Positions 26,727 through 39,364 of a DNA stretch of 64,000 nt are shown here, piece after piece. Positions within the stretch are counted from its first letter, which is position 1. Each line of letters starts with the position of its first letter. Under the pieces are notes generated by a model. It did no database searches and was not told the origin of the DNA. It was given only the letters and a program-made list of their open reading frames with translations. The DNA is from Trichosphaerium sp. ATCC 40318 (lineage: Eukaryota > Protista > Tubulinea), in contig JALMLS010000320.1 in the NCBI GenBank assembly GCA_038496445.1, forward strand, positions 186,001 through 250,000, written 5' to 3'. The position numbers and the translations under genes are program-made.

Positions 26727-29003
26727 TTAGATACCAAGCAATCCATGGTTGGTTAGTGTTGAGTTTAAAAATATTGTTTTAAGCAACTTTGTCATTTCCA
26801 CTTTTGATGTGCAATTTGCCAGAAATGGGTGCTATAATTTTTGTTATTTAGTTGTTACAATGATAGTAAATAAAGTACTTGTCAAAAAAATTTTAATAAA
26901 TGAAACGTTTAGGAGCTTTCCAAGTGGAAAAAACAAGAAATCTTAGTTTTTTCTTTGATTTTTTGGGGTTTTTTTTTGGTTCGGATAAGTTCGCGTACTA
27001 TTATAAGGTCATCGCTGGTTGCTCTTTGGTGTGGTTCTATTGTTGTACATTTTTCTACAAAGTCAAAAAGACTTTCACTTCTTCCTTTTGCTTTTTTGTA
27101 TTGTCTAAAGTTTGGTGGTCCTTTAATTGCTGTATTAAACATTATCTCCAGTTGACTACTACTAGAACCACTTCTACTATAATAAAATTCTTTCCCTTCT
27201 ATCAAACCACACGTGATCAGACCAAGAGCAAAAATATCAACGCCAGTTGAGATTGGTTCCTTCCTTATCATCTAAAAAAAAAATGAATAAAAAATCTTCA
27301 AACGTCGCTCTGAATACTCACCTCTGGTGACATCCAAAACCCTGATCCTACCTGTAAACCTCGTTAACAAACGTCCAAAAAAAATGGTTAGAGTACCATA
27401 TGTGTCCGTTCTTTAATACTTCCGTATTCTAAGTCTATAGCCATACCAAAATCAACTATCACAAAACCATTAATATTGCTCTACGCCATCATAGAAAACT
27501 ACGTACTTATTTTGACATCGCCATACACTGATAGCATTATATTACTTGGTTTTAAATCTCTATGTACTATTTTACTACTGTGTAACCTTTGTAAACCCTT
27601 TACAAGTGCTCTTAAAATATATGCAATTTGTAAATCCTAAAAAAATAAATCAGCTATGTCAAAACTTGAACGCTGAGATAAATTTGTTACACACCGTGAA
27701 AGACCACGTAGTGATAGCTCTTGTCAGTGTTCCACCTTCCAGAAACTCCATTATCATCTACCACATGACCGTTAGCTCTTGTTTAAACAACACACAAATA
27801 TCCAGGATATGGAAGGAAATTGGAAAAAAAACACTTATTTGTAGATGTCACGTGGAACGATTTAAACAAATATTGTTTAAATTAATGTTTGGTGATAATC
27901 TCGCTAATATATCGCACCCATAGTTCGTTTCCAACACGATACGTAGCATAATATTTAACAATATTTGGTACTCCTCTTAATCTTTTCAGAAACTCGATTT
28001 CTTGTAAGTTATGTTCTTTTTGTTTAAGCGTTTCATGTTTAACCTTCTTTATAGCTATCTGTACCAAAAAAAATACGTTAGACCACGTTCAGTGATGAGT
28101 AGTAGTGAACTTAATTGTGATCTTTTTTTTTGCTCTAAATAAAAACCAACTTACTACTGTCTTGCTCTTTTTGTGTTTAGCGCATTCTACTGTTCCAAAT
28201 CCTCTTTTAGTGCGTTAGTATTTATCCGTACAAAAATCAATCTAAATGACGTGCCCTTGACCTATTTTCTTCGTTAGCTTTTGAAGAAAAATTTTTTATT
28301 TATATTTTTGCTTATGGTACCTTGTTTACGAAACGATTTAAAGTTTTGTGTAGGATCTGATTTTTTAAACATAGACATCTCTTTTTGCTCTAATGTCATA
28401 CCAGCATTTTTCACTAAAATTAGATATATCAGTAGGCCATCAAACGCCAAAAGTTGGCCCTTTTGAGTGACCTATTTTTTAAACATACCATCAAGTGCTA
28501 CGCCAACCCTAGCTCTTCTGTAGCCGTCTGGGTACTGTCTTCGCGGCTTTGTAACCTTTCCAGTGACAATAAAAACTCTCTTTGTTATCCAACCCAATAC
28601 ATTCAACGTAATACGAAGGTGTCTCTCTGCTTGTCTCAAATCAATATCTAGGTAACGAAATTTAATTTTATAAAATCCATAAATAATTTTGAATGGGGTA
28701 ATAACAAACTCACTCGCATTTGATAGTATGTCAAGATACTCCTGTGGTAAATCCTGTCACATTACGTTAGTATACTTTACCCTAAAATAAGCTTGTATAA
28801 AGCGGGTAGAGCCATTTTTGAATGAACACATAAAACACGTGACTAACAACCCATTTAAATTTAGGTTTACGTACTGAAATTTGCGCTACTAGTACAGGCG
28901 CTAGTTTTTTACTGCGAATTGGTATATTTTCTCTTTTAGCTACCCCACGTATCTTTTTTTTGCTTGAGAGCTTACCGCTTAGGGTGCGTCGCAATTTAGA
29001 CAT
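26727..29003 (-). CDS. STE20/PAK-like Ser/Thr protein kinase
   Basis: IGQGGFGTV, IAIKKV, HRDLKPSN, IDFG, GSGFWMSPE, DIFALG and HPFL motifs. The N-terminal DLPQEYLDILSN resembles a PAK autoinhibitory region. Confidence 0.9.
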
Positions 29004-30193
29004 TAAATTAAAAGTGCACAGTGTTCAAATCCAAGTCAATGTAATACACTCTGCAAAATGACTTGAATCACTCCTTCCCCAAGCTTAATGCATCGTTGGG
29101 ACCTTTGAGGTGCTCCCAACCTTGAAAACCTTCAAAAAATAATCTAATGATCGCTGCGAGCAGGTGATGACTTTGCGAAACAAAGGAACGCACTAGTCAT
29201 CTTGTTAAGCACCAAAAAGTCCCACGACCACCCATCAGCCTCAGAGTAATGCTGTAGGACTTCCAACGCTACCGAAGCCCGTCGGCGAACATATCGTACG
29301 CCATACCAACCAGCGCAAAGGATTTGGACTAATTCGACCGGACGCACTTGTATGTGTTCCACGCATTCCCTATCACGTGCTTTTAATATAAAAACATGAA
29401 ACTGTGGTAATTTTAGTTCGGTTTTTATAGCCTACAGTGCACACGCTGTACTCAATACCAGCCACTGGTACCAACGCGTTGGGTGCACTTTTTACTTTTG
29501 TGACAGTTTTTACAATGTACGTTTGAAACGCTATTTCTACGCATGCAAAAAGATGTTGTCACAAGTAGCTGTTTACTTTTTTTCAGGAAGGAAGCACAAA
29601 GAATACAGATAAATAGTGTATCTTCAACGTTACAGCCCTACACGCCGACATAATGAGCATTTTCAGGCATTGCTAAACAAAAAAACATTACAGTGGGATA
29701 TCTGTCAGTTGGTTTCGCGTAATTCTTCCTTTTTGGAAGCATTTATACGCATTTCAGTGGGTTCGATACTGTTCGTGACAATTCGTCATCAGAAAAAGCC
29801 TTTGTGCGTATAAACAAGCGTGAGTAGTATCTACTAAATAGTATGTAAGTATTTAACGAAAAACGAGAGCGTTTAGAAAACGAATATGCGAATACGGGGG
29901 AATGTCGAAAAATAATATTTACGGCAACAAACGAGGAAAAAGGTGGTCGCTCCTTTTGGACTTGGACTAGGGAGCCAAAAAAAGGGAGACTCTGCGCAAA
30001 CACTACTAAACCATTGATTTGTTGCGTATAGTTTTCACCAACACAAAACTACTATTTTTGTATGCATTGGTGCTCATTGTTATGGTTGCTTTCAGTGCGG
30101 TTTAATGGCCATTTTAGCGCGTCTGGCAGAAAGTTTGGCCTTAAGTAGGCTTTTTGCGATAAATTTAAAACAATAATTTGGCGCTGGTAGCTT

Positions 30194-33100
30194 ATGCTAC
30201 TGTACATAGTTTTTGCGCTAGTAGGCTTGCTACAAGCACAAAGTAAGCATATATATATATAATTAAGAATTACTCAGTTGTGCCCCTAACATCCCCGAAT
30301 GTCCCTGTTTGCGCGCTGTTCCTTTACGTAGTGCTACGAACCATTTTAACTTCCTTTTAGTAATTGTGCCGACAGACGAGTCTACAATAGCGGCGGCGAT
30401 AACAGCTGCTGTCGGAACGACCACTATCATAGTAGAAGACGGCACCTATTCCGAAACAATTAATTTTGCAGGAAAAGCAATCACTTTACAAGCACGCAAT
30501 TTCGGCGGCGCTATTATTGATTGTTCGAATACTTGTACGACGCAAAAATACCTTTTAACACACAAACAATTAAAACATCCCTAGTTGGAGTATCTGCGGT
30601 CACTTTCAACACTGGTGAAGTCAATACTAGCATTTTGCAAGGGTTTACTATCCAAAATTGCGAGGTACGTCGTTTTTTTGATGAAAAATGCAGTTTTAGG
30701 CTCTAGATGTGCCCGAAGTGTATTTGCAAGCGTTGGTGATGTATTGCTAACAAAACCTTTAGTCACAAGATGGTGGTGCTATTTCAATTGAAAACGCAAG
30801 CCCAATCATAGCAAACATTACGTTTATCAACAACGCTGCTGGTGAAGGAACTGTTGGTGCTGCACCAGCTTTCGGTGGTAGTATCTACATGAAGGACAGT
30901 CAAGCAAAAATACAAGGTACACAGCTGATTTTCTTTACCTACTTTCCGTATCATGAAAAGTTCTGCTCCTGATCACGAAAACAAATTAAATCGTTTCAAA
31001 TAGGATGTAGTTTCACTGGAGGACAAGCAAAAGGAGGAAATGGAGGCGCAATCGCATTGTTCAGTTCCCAACCTGAAATTACTGATTGTACATTCACTAC
31101 TAATAGTGCTACATTGAACGGTACGCTTAAAAAACCGCTTTTACGCTACTTGCGCAAGTACTGCAACATTATAAATATTTTGGCGTGAATTTGTAGTTTT
31201 TTTTATTTTTTCCCGTTTTATCATTCGCTGACTTGTCTGTTTCTCCAAAGGTGGAGCCGTTTATGTCTTTGGATCCAGTCCTGTATTTACTGCTTGTAAT
31301 TTTGTTGGTAATACAGGTACTACCGGCTCAAGTTTTGGTGGTGCAATGTACATGTAAGTACTGTTTTTCTGATTTTGATCACTCCTTTAAAAAGCTCCCT
31401 GTGAGCCGTTGTGTGTTTTCTTATAGTTGTATATAGATTTGATAGTAGTATTCAATTTACTACAGTCAACTTTGACAGGAATACAGCTGTTGGTGAAGGT
31501 AGGGTTTTTTTTATTTTGTTAAATCTAACATTTTATGCTCTAGGTGGTGCTGTTTACTTGTATAACTCTATCGCTTCGCGATCTATTGCTATTGATGGCG
31601 CGATATTCACAAACAATCAAGGTTCTTCTGGTGGTGGTATGTACTTATTTGGTGCAAGCCCTTCATTGTCTGGTATTGAAGCGTCGAGTAACATTGTGCG
31701 TGCTGCTGTTTTGATCTTCTTGTTAATTTTTTCTTTCTTTGCAGGCTACTGGTGAAGGTGGTGGTATTTACTTATACGCTACTGATTCTAATCCAATTAT
31801 CACCGATTCACAAATAAGAAATAATACTGCCACTGGAGATGGCGGTGGTATTTATATTACAGGTAATGATCTTTTTTACCCTTGTAGTACAAACATAATT
31901 ATTGACAATTGTTTAGCGTTTTTGGGAGCTAGCAGTACTAATGGTAGAATTGAAGGCACAATATTCGAGGATAACTCCTCCGGTAAAATATATTTGATGT
32001 TCGTGATTCTGAAGTTTGTTAGGTAATAATGGTGGAGGATTATATTTTTCAGGCTTTAACGTTCTTACCAATGCTCGTACTAATATCTCAGATGTGCAAT
32101 TTCTGAGAAATAGAGCATCAGGCGGAACTGGTCAAGGTAATGCACTTAGTTATATCAATGCACTCGTAGAATTAGTTTGACATTCTTCCTATTAAGGCCG
32201 TGGTGGTGGATTGTATGTTGATAATATGAGCCCAATTATTATTGGATGTACATTTACTGCAAATTTCGCTCTTGTTGATGGTGGCGGATGCTATGCCACA
32301 GTTCCTTCTGTGCGTTTTCTTGTCTTTTTTTTTTTGTTTTGAGCTTTTTATTGACTATTTGCTTTAAGGGTAGTGCAGATCCTACAGATGTTGAAGGAAC
32401 CACATTCACATCAAATACTGCTACTGAAGGTTATGGAGGCGCTTTGTACCTTAGTACCTTAACACCGCAACCTCCAATCATCACAACGTAAGTTTGTTTC
32501 AATTTTTTTTCTCAGAAAAAAGGCAATTATCTTTTCTTACTTTCTTCCTTTAGCAATGTATTCGAGTCTAACACTGCATACTATGGTGGCGCACTTGCCC
32601 TATTATATGAGGGAAATATTGATATTGGTGAAGATATCTTTAATAATAACGGTGCTACGACTTCCGGTGGTGCTGTGTATTTACAAGTTGGCGGTGGATC
32701 TCTTGCAAGTGTTCAGGTTGTAAACAGTACAGCAGAAGTAGGAGGTGGTATTTTCGCCACAAATTATGCAGCAGCTGCATCTGTATGATACTTTTTTAGT
32801 ATTTCTTCTTATTTCTCTTAATAATTCTTTTAGGGAACTACTTCTACACTAATGTTTGGTTCTGGTTCTACCTTTACAACTAATGAAGCTTTGAATGGTG
32901 GTGGTATATCGTTCGAGCATACAACAGCTACAGTTTCGTCAACCTTTCAAAGTAATAAGGCATCTAGTACGTGTATTTTGGAAAGCAAATGGTTGTTGAC
33001 ATTGTTTTTTTTTCAAGGTAGTGGTTCTGCTATTTACGGTGTATATACAACTGGACAAAAGCTTACATTAGAGAACGCAAACCTCGTAGGTAACACTGCT

Positions 33101-36100
33101 GGGACAAGTACGTATTTTTGTATTTACTAGCCAGAGGAATTCGATTGTTCTTCGTATTGTACTCATTTCCAAATAGGTGGTGCTGTTTATGCATTTTCAA
33201 GTTCTGGCCTGTGTATATCGGCGTCAGTTATAAGAAATCGTTACACTGCAGCGTCACCTCCTTTGACAAAAGTTGAGTCTGCTGTCAACTGTAACGCTGT
33301 ATGTCCTGTTGGTACGCCTTTTTTTTGTTTTGAGTCTTTCTCTTACAGAGAACTTACTAACGCGCATTCTAATAGTCGAAATTATGGGGACTATGTTTAC
33401 CAACAATACTGCTGGAGCATTTGATATCAGCCAGAGTCAAACTGTAGAAGGTGAGCTAGAAGCTAAATTGAAACAACATGTTAATTTCAAACAATAGGTG
33501 GAGCCCTAGTAATCACTGGGTTACGTGTATCAATCTCCAATTCGACTTTTGACGGTAACAGCGCCCAGCTTAAGGCCGCTGTTGAAGGTGGAGCTATGAG
33601 TGTAACAGATACTTGCTTGTTTGTGGATGATACGAGCTTCGAAGGAAATATTGTTAGAGGGCAAGATTTTGATGCCCTTGGAGGTGCTCTCCATGCTGAT
33701 GCATCTTTCGTATTCATGCAAGGAGTAACTATGGATAATAACCTTGTTGAGGTTAGTCAAACTGGAATGTACGTAAAAAATACGTTTCGTTCTTGTCTTC
33801 GTAACTCTTTGTTTTTAGTGCTGGCGGTGGTGCTGTTTACATATTTGGATCTGTTATGGTCACACACGATACTACTTTCAGTAGAAATATTGCTAGTAGC
33901 CCAAGGAATTTCGCTCTGGGTGGAGGTACGTTGTAGTAAAAAAAATCCATCAAATTAGATAAAATCACAAATATTGACTTCATCTTGCTAGCTATCGATA
34001 TTCAACTTCAAAGTCGATTGTTCATGTTGAACAGCTTCGTTACTGGTAATATGCTTGATGGCGGCAGTGGTAGTTTGGGTGGCGGTATCTACGTTACTCT
34101 TGAGTCATTCCTTTGCTTAACGAACGTCAATCTCACTATGAACCTTGTACCAAAAGGCAGTGGTGGAGCAATCGCTTTTAGCTCTGTTTCTGATACACCT
34201 TTCAAGATATCAGACTCTATCATTGAGCTTAACCAAGCTGACACAGGTAACACTTTGAGCAATATTTTGTTGTGTTGACGCAGTGGTAGGTGCTGGTATA
34301 TACATCAAGGTTGGTAATGGACAACTACAGAATACTTCAGTGACACAAAACAATGCAAGCGTGCGTGCTGGAGGTATATTTGTCGTTGGAGAGACTTCTG
34401 AGGTGGACATTTTTGATTCGAGCATTACAGCTAATTATGCACTTTTCCTGTACGAAATTTTACTCTATTGGTTGGTTAGGTAAGAAACTTACTCTTATTA
34501 ATAGTGGAGGAATCTACTTGAGTGAGGATGGCAAAGTAAATCCTGATAATCTAACAGAAATTGCAAACAACGCCAACAGCGAAATCACTGGTACGGTGTA
34601 ATTTTTTGTTGAAAGAAGACCTCAGTTTTTTTACCATTTTTTGCTTACTATTTTTTGTTTAGAAGCTGCTGACCCGACTAATTCTGAGTTCTTTATTGTA
34701 AGTAATACTCTAGATACCATAGAAGTGTTTGTTGTATCAAAGAACTTTCACAAACTCAACACAGGTTTCGGTGGTGACAATTATGAGGTAACTTTTTTTT
34801 CTTTATTACCCCACGTTACCTGTGACTCATGATTTTTTTAGGTAACATTTACTTCACCAACAGGCAATAGTACTGTCATCTCATCTCAAACTATGGGAAG
34901 TGAGGGAGCATTTGCAGATAATGGTGATGGTAACTATGATATTACATTGTTTGCAACGAACAATACTGCTGGTAGATGGAATATCACAGTCCACCTTAAT
35001 GGCACTCTCGTCGGAGATGGAAGAAGACCTAACCCTGTGTCATCTCTTGTTGCAGCTGGTAAGCCTCACTTTATTGTTGTAGTTGGCATTGTTTGTTTAC
35101 TGGTTTTTTTAGGTGAAGTTGGCCTGGATAGTATAATACAAACTGGAAGTGTGGTGACAAGATGTTCAAGATCTAGTATTTTTGTTAGTGCACGTGATAT
35201 GTTTGGTAACACGCTTGTACGTTTAGTGAAATTAAGTGTTAGCGCTTTTTGCTTATACTTCGCCTAGCAACGTTCTGGTGCTCTATTTTCTGCTGAATGG
35301 GTTGGTGAAGGTCTAAGCCATGATATTACTGTTAATGATTTGCGTGACGGGACATACAGTATTGACGTCAGACCACAAATTGGTGGTATGTTTTCGTATT
35401 GGTTATTTTTAAGATCAAATGTTATTTTTATCAACGTTAACCTTTGTGTAGGTAGTTTCGATATTCTTCTGTACCTTGACTATAATGGAAGTCGTACAAT
35501 AATCAACTCAGGACCACAAAGAATCTTAATTGATGGAGCTAGTAAGTGTTTTTCTTCCCTAATTATTTTTCGAGCAAATGTTAATGTTCTTCTAGCAACC
35601 CATCTATGCTCTGACTCCCTCGTACTTGGAGTACTTGTTACATGTTGTGTACTTGTAGTATTATACATTATTTTCGGTATTATCACTCTGATTTTCCGAG
35701 AACATGAGATATTGAGATTTTCTTCTCCTGTCTTTCTTGTTTTAACAGTACGGTTTTTTCTTTCTTTTTTTTTGTACGTTTTTTCCTGCTTATCTGTATA
35801 TTAGCTTGCTGGAGGTATATTGATGACGTTAGCTGTTGCCTTATGGCTTCCAGTACCAAGTGCAATGACTTGCAGCCTTGCCTTTTGGTGTTGGGGTGTT
35901 GGATTTGTACTCCTCTTTGGTGGTGTATTTGCTAAGAATTTCCGCTTGTGGCGTATCTTTGATAATGCGTCCAAGTTGAAAGTTAGAATTATCACTAATT
36001 GGCAACTTCTACAATACATTGGTATCCTTCTAATACCTGAGGTGGTACGTAAACCATGACAATCCATCGTTTTTTGTTACTACATTTCTTCTGACATATT

Positions 36101-37035
36101 CTTTAGTTTATCCTCATTTTATGGACTGCCATAGGCAGTACTAGGCCTATTGCTGAACAAGTGACTCTTTCTGAGGATGAAGGCAACTACACCTTGCGCT
36201 GTAGATTCAACAGAATCTTTGTTGGTATATTCCTTGGTGAAAAAATGCTTTTGATGCTTTTCGGTCTTTACCTCACATTTGCTGTTCGTAAAATCAGACT
36301 TAAGTCAGCTTTGAACGAAATGAAGTACTTAGCGCTCATGGTACGTATATTATTCTTGTAAATCACATGATTTTGTACTAATGTGGGTTCTGTTTTTAGA
36401 CGTACAATATGACTTTTGCTACTCTGTTGATTATGATATTTATTTACTCTGTTCAAGAGTATATTACGCAACTTGCTTTGTTGTCTATTTCGATCTTGTT
36501 CTCAACGTTTATTTGTCTTGCTGTATTGTTTATACCTAAATTCTACAACATGTACAGAGATGATGTTAAGAGCTCACGTAGAACAAGTACAGCACGCTCT
36601 ACAAAGAACAAGAGGTAAGACTTGTTGTTTATTGATTTCTTTTTTGTTTTTGTTTCCCTCTGTTTGACCTTCTTACTCATCTCTTTTTCCTTTAGTTCTA
36701 TGACACAGTCTGTTGGATCAAACAATGTCCATAATACTGTTATTATGCCTGAAGACTCAGATTCTTCAGATCAATCAGAAGATGAAGACGCTTATCGTGA
36801 CAGAAGAGACACAAACATGAGTGGTAACCCAAGTGAACCTACAGAACCAAGTTCAAATGAAGATGTCTTAAGTTCAGATGAAGATACTAGATTAGAAGAG
36901 ATGGCTGGTAGTCCTACTTCAGGAGAGCGTCAGCCTTTAAAGAAGAAGAAAAGCATGAAAAGTAAGAAATCAAAAAAGAAACTCACAACTGCAAGTGGTC
37001 ATGTAGGTACAATACAAAGTGATGACATTCATTAA
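30194..37035 (+). CDS. Large receptor: right-handed beta-helix (Pmp-like GGA/FxxN repeats) + filamin/Ig-like repeats + class C GPCR 7TM + acidic/basic tail
   Basis: Signal peptide MLLYIVFALVGLLQA, DGTYSETINFAGKAITL, many F-x-x-N-x-A...GGA[IVL] repeats and DNGDGNY/DGTYSI. The 7TM region has ILRFSSPVFL, LLFGGVFAKNFRLWRIF, NEMKYLA and LFIPKF. Confidence 0.85.
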
Positions 37036-37413
37036 TTGTACAAAAAACCCTCCTACCAATGACAACAAAATACAAAGCGAGTGGCAGTGTAAAGATATTC
37101 TCGATTTGCAAGGTTTGTTGGCAGAGATTGAAAAGTGTTTTGAAATAATAGTATTTAAAATAAACCAATATAAAGGGATAATACTGCTTTGTTTTTTTTA
37201 CATTCTTGGTTCTGCCTGAACTTGAAGTTTACTTGCATTGAATCCGTCTCCCATGTGACGCGTGTATAATAGTGAATTGAAAAACTGATTCATGACACTC
37301 ACACTTGACTCAGTGCTAATGTTACCCAAAAAAAAACGAGTTTGAGAGTACTTGGCTTCAGTGAAAGCTCGTGGTTGTTATAACTCAGTGTAGCCTGTTG
37401 ACGAGCCACTATT

Positions 37414-39061
37414 ATGACGGAGGCTTTGGACTTTCTAGATTTACCTCTAGATGTAATTTTAGACTGTTTTTGGCCTTTGTTAGCGCTAACTGATCTGTTA
37501 AATATGCGACAGGTTTCTAAACAACTACGCATTACTGTAGATTATACAGATGAGGGTTACGTACGATTTTTAAACCAATTTGTTTATTTTGTTTTTATTC
37601 TTTGATCAATTGCGTGTTAACGCCGTAAGTGAAGCTAATTAATACCTTAGGCGGCTTCAACTGAATATATCGTCAAAACAGTGTTTAAGGGAGGCAAATC
37701 TACGCCGTTACGCTGTAATACCCTCATGGCAGTATCTAAGGATAAAAAGAGAGTAATATAGCCTTTTTACAATAGTTTTCATGAAAATACGTCTTGTATT
37801 CTTATGTTAACTGCTAGATTACAATAAGCGACGCGTGGAAACCTTATAAAACGGTACTGGAGTTGAATACAGAAACAGACGAAGTTAAAGTTCTGAACAT
37901 ACCTGAACTGCGTTCAAACCAAATATTATCAGTACCACAAATAGCATACACAGGAGAAGACCATTTTCTATACTTTTCAGACAAAAGGGAACTATGTACA
38001 ATGATAATAGAGCCAAAACAAAAAGATGAAGGTACAGAATTAGAAAAAAATAAGAATGAAGAAGACAATGATGAGCAAAATGTTTCAGGTTTGTTTCGAG
38101 AAAAAGATCCTGTACGTGTTTATTATACACCTTGTTAATGAAAGATTCAATGCTTATGTATTTTGTATAGGCTACTGAACATGAACAAGCGCAAAAAGTT
38201 GATGAACAACAAGAATTTAATGTTTCGTCAACGGTGCTAAGATCTTTTGGTTTTGAGAAGATTAACGCTTTATGTAATGATAATTATAATCCTGGATATA
38301 TATTGGTTGTATATAATTCTAAATTGATGAGAGTAAGTCTCTTTGATTTCAGTCAGGATTCTATTATTGGAGCAAGGACAGTAGGTGTGTTTAGATATAA
38401 CACATTCTTTTTTTCTGATACAGTGTGCGATATACATGAGCCTTTAAGGTATCCTCAACGTGTATGTTCGAGTAGTAGAAATGGTATTATATATGTATTC
38501 ACTTCACAGTGTATCTTCAGGTACTGTAAACCAACACTGAATGAATTTGTAGCGAAAAAGGCTCTTCAGTTTCTTGTTTTTTTCTTCTTACAGTGTTTTC
38601 TTTTTACCTCTTTAACATTTCGGGGAGTTTAAATCAAAAGTTTTTCTACCATCGCACTGTATCCTATAAATAATATTAGTGTTACTTTGCGTTTATTAAA
38701 ACTGGTTTGCTGTTTATTTTGGTAAAACAAACCTGAACGTGATATGTTTTTTTGTGTGCATTTTTCTTATCCTACCTTGCTTTGTAGGTTTGATGAAGAG
38801 AATCAAAAACGTATAACAGTATGTGACGGTGATTGGGGACAACCATCAAGAGCAAGTGATATTACATGTGATGATCAAGGTAACCTTTATGTATCAGACT
38901 TGAGAGGAATTTATAAGATATTTGTTAAAAGTGGTTTTTGTATAAAGTTACGCCTTAAAGACCCTGTAAGAAGTCTTAAAGGTATTGAATGGGTTGATGG
39001 TACATTATTTTTTATGACTACAACAGATGTATATTCTATACAGACAGATCAAGAGCTGTAA
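37414..39061 (+). CDS. F-box + NHL/beta-propeller repeat protein
   Basis: FLDLPLDVILDCFWPLLALTDLLNMRQVSKQLR is a clear F-box. C-terminal DITCDDQGNLYVSD and KGIEWVDGTLF look like propeller blades. Confidence 0.75.
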
Positions 39062-39364
39062 AAGAAAAATAAAAGAAAAAAAAAACCATTACGCGGTCAG
39101 AATTTTGCTCCTATTACGTGTTACAAGCTGTAGAAAAAGGCAAAATCCCCGTTCGTAGTTTAGATTAAAACTCATTTGATAATTCTTGTTATTTTATCCG
39201 ACCTTTAGACAATTATGTACTCTTGTTTCTCGCTTGTACTAAAGCTATGGGGTTTATAGTTCAAGTATAGATGCGTATGTAATGTTGATAAAGATATAAC
39301 TAGCAATAAATTCCATTTCAGTATTTTATATCAATCAGCAACCAAAGAAAAAAGGAAGCTGTTG

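Noticed and set aside
29700-29785. tRNA-like GGTTCGA (B-box) motif
   Set aside because: No canonical T-stem, D-arm or anticodon arm can be formed.
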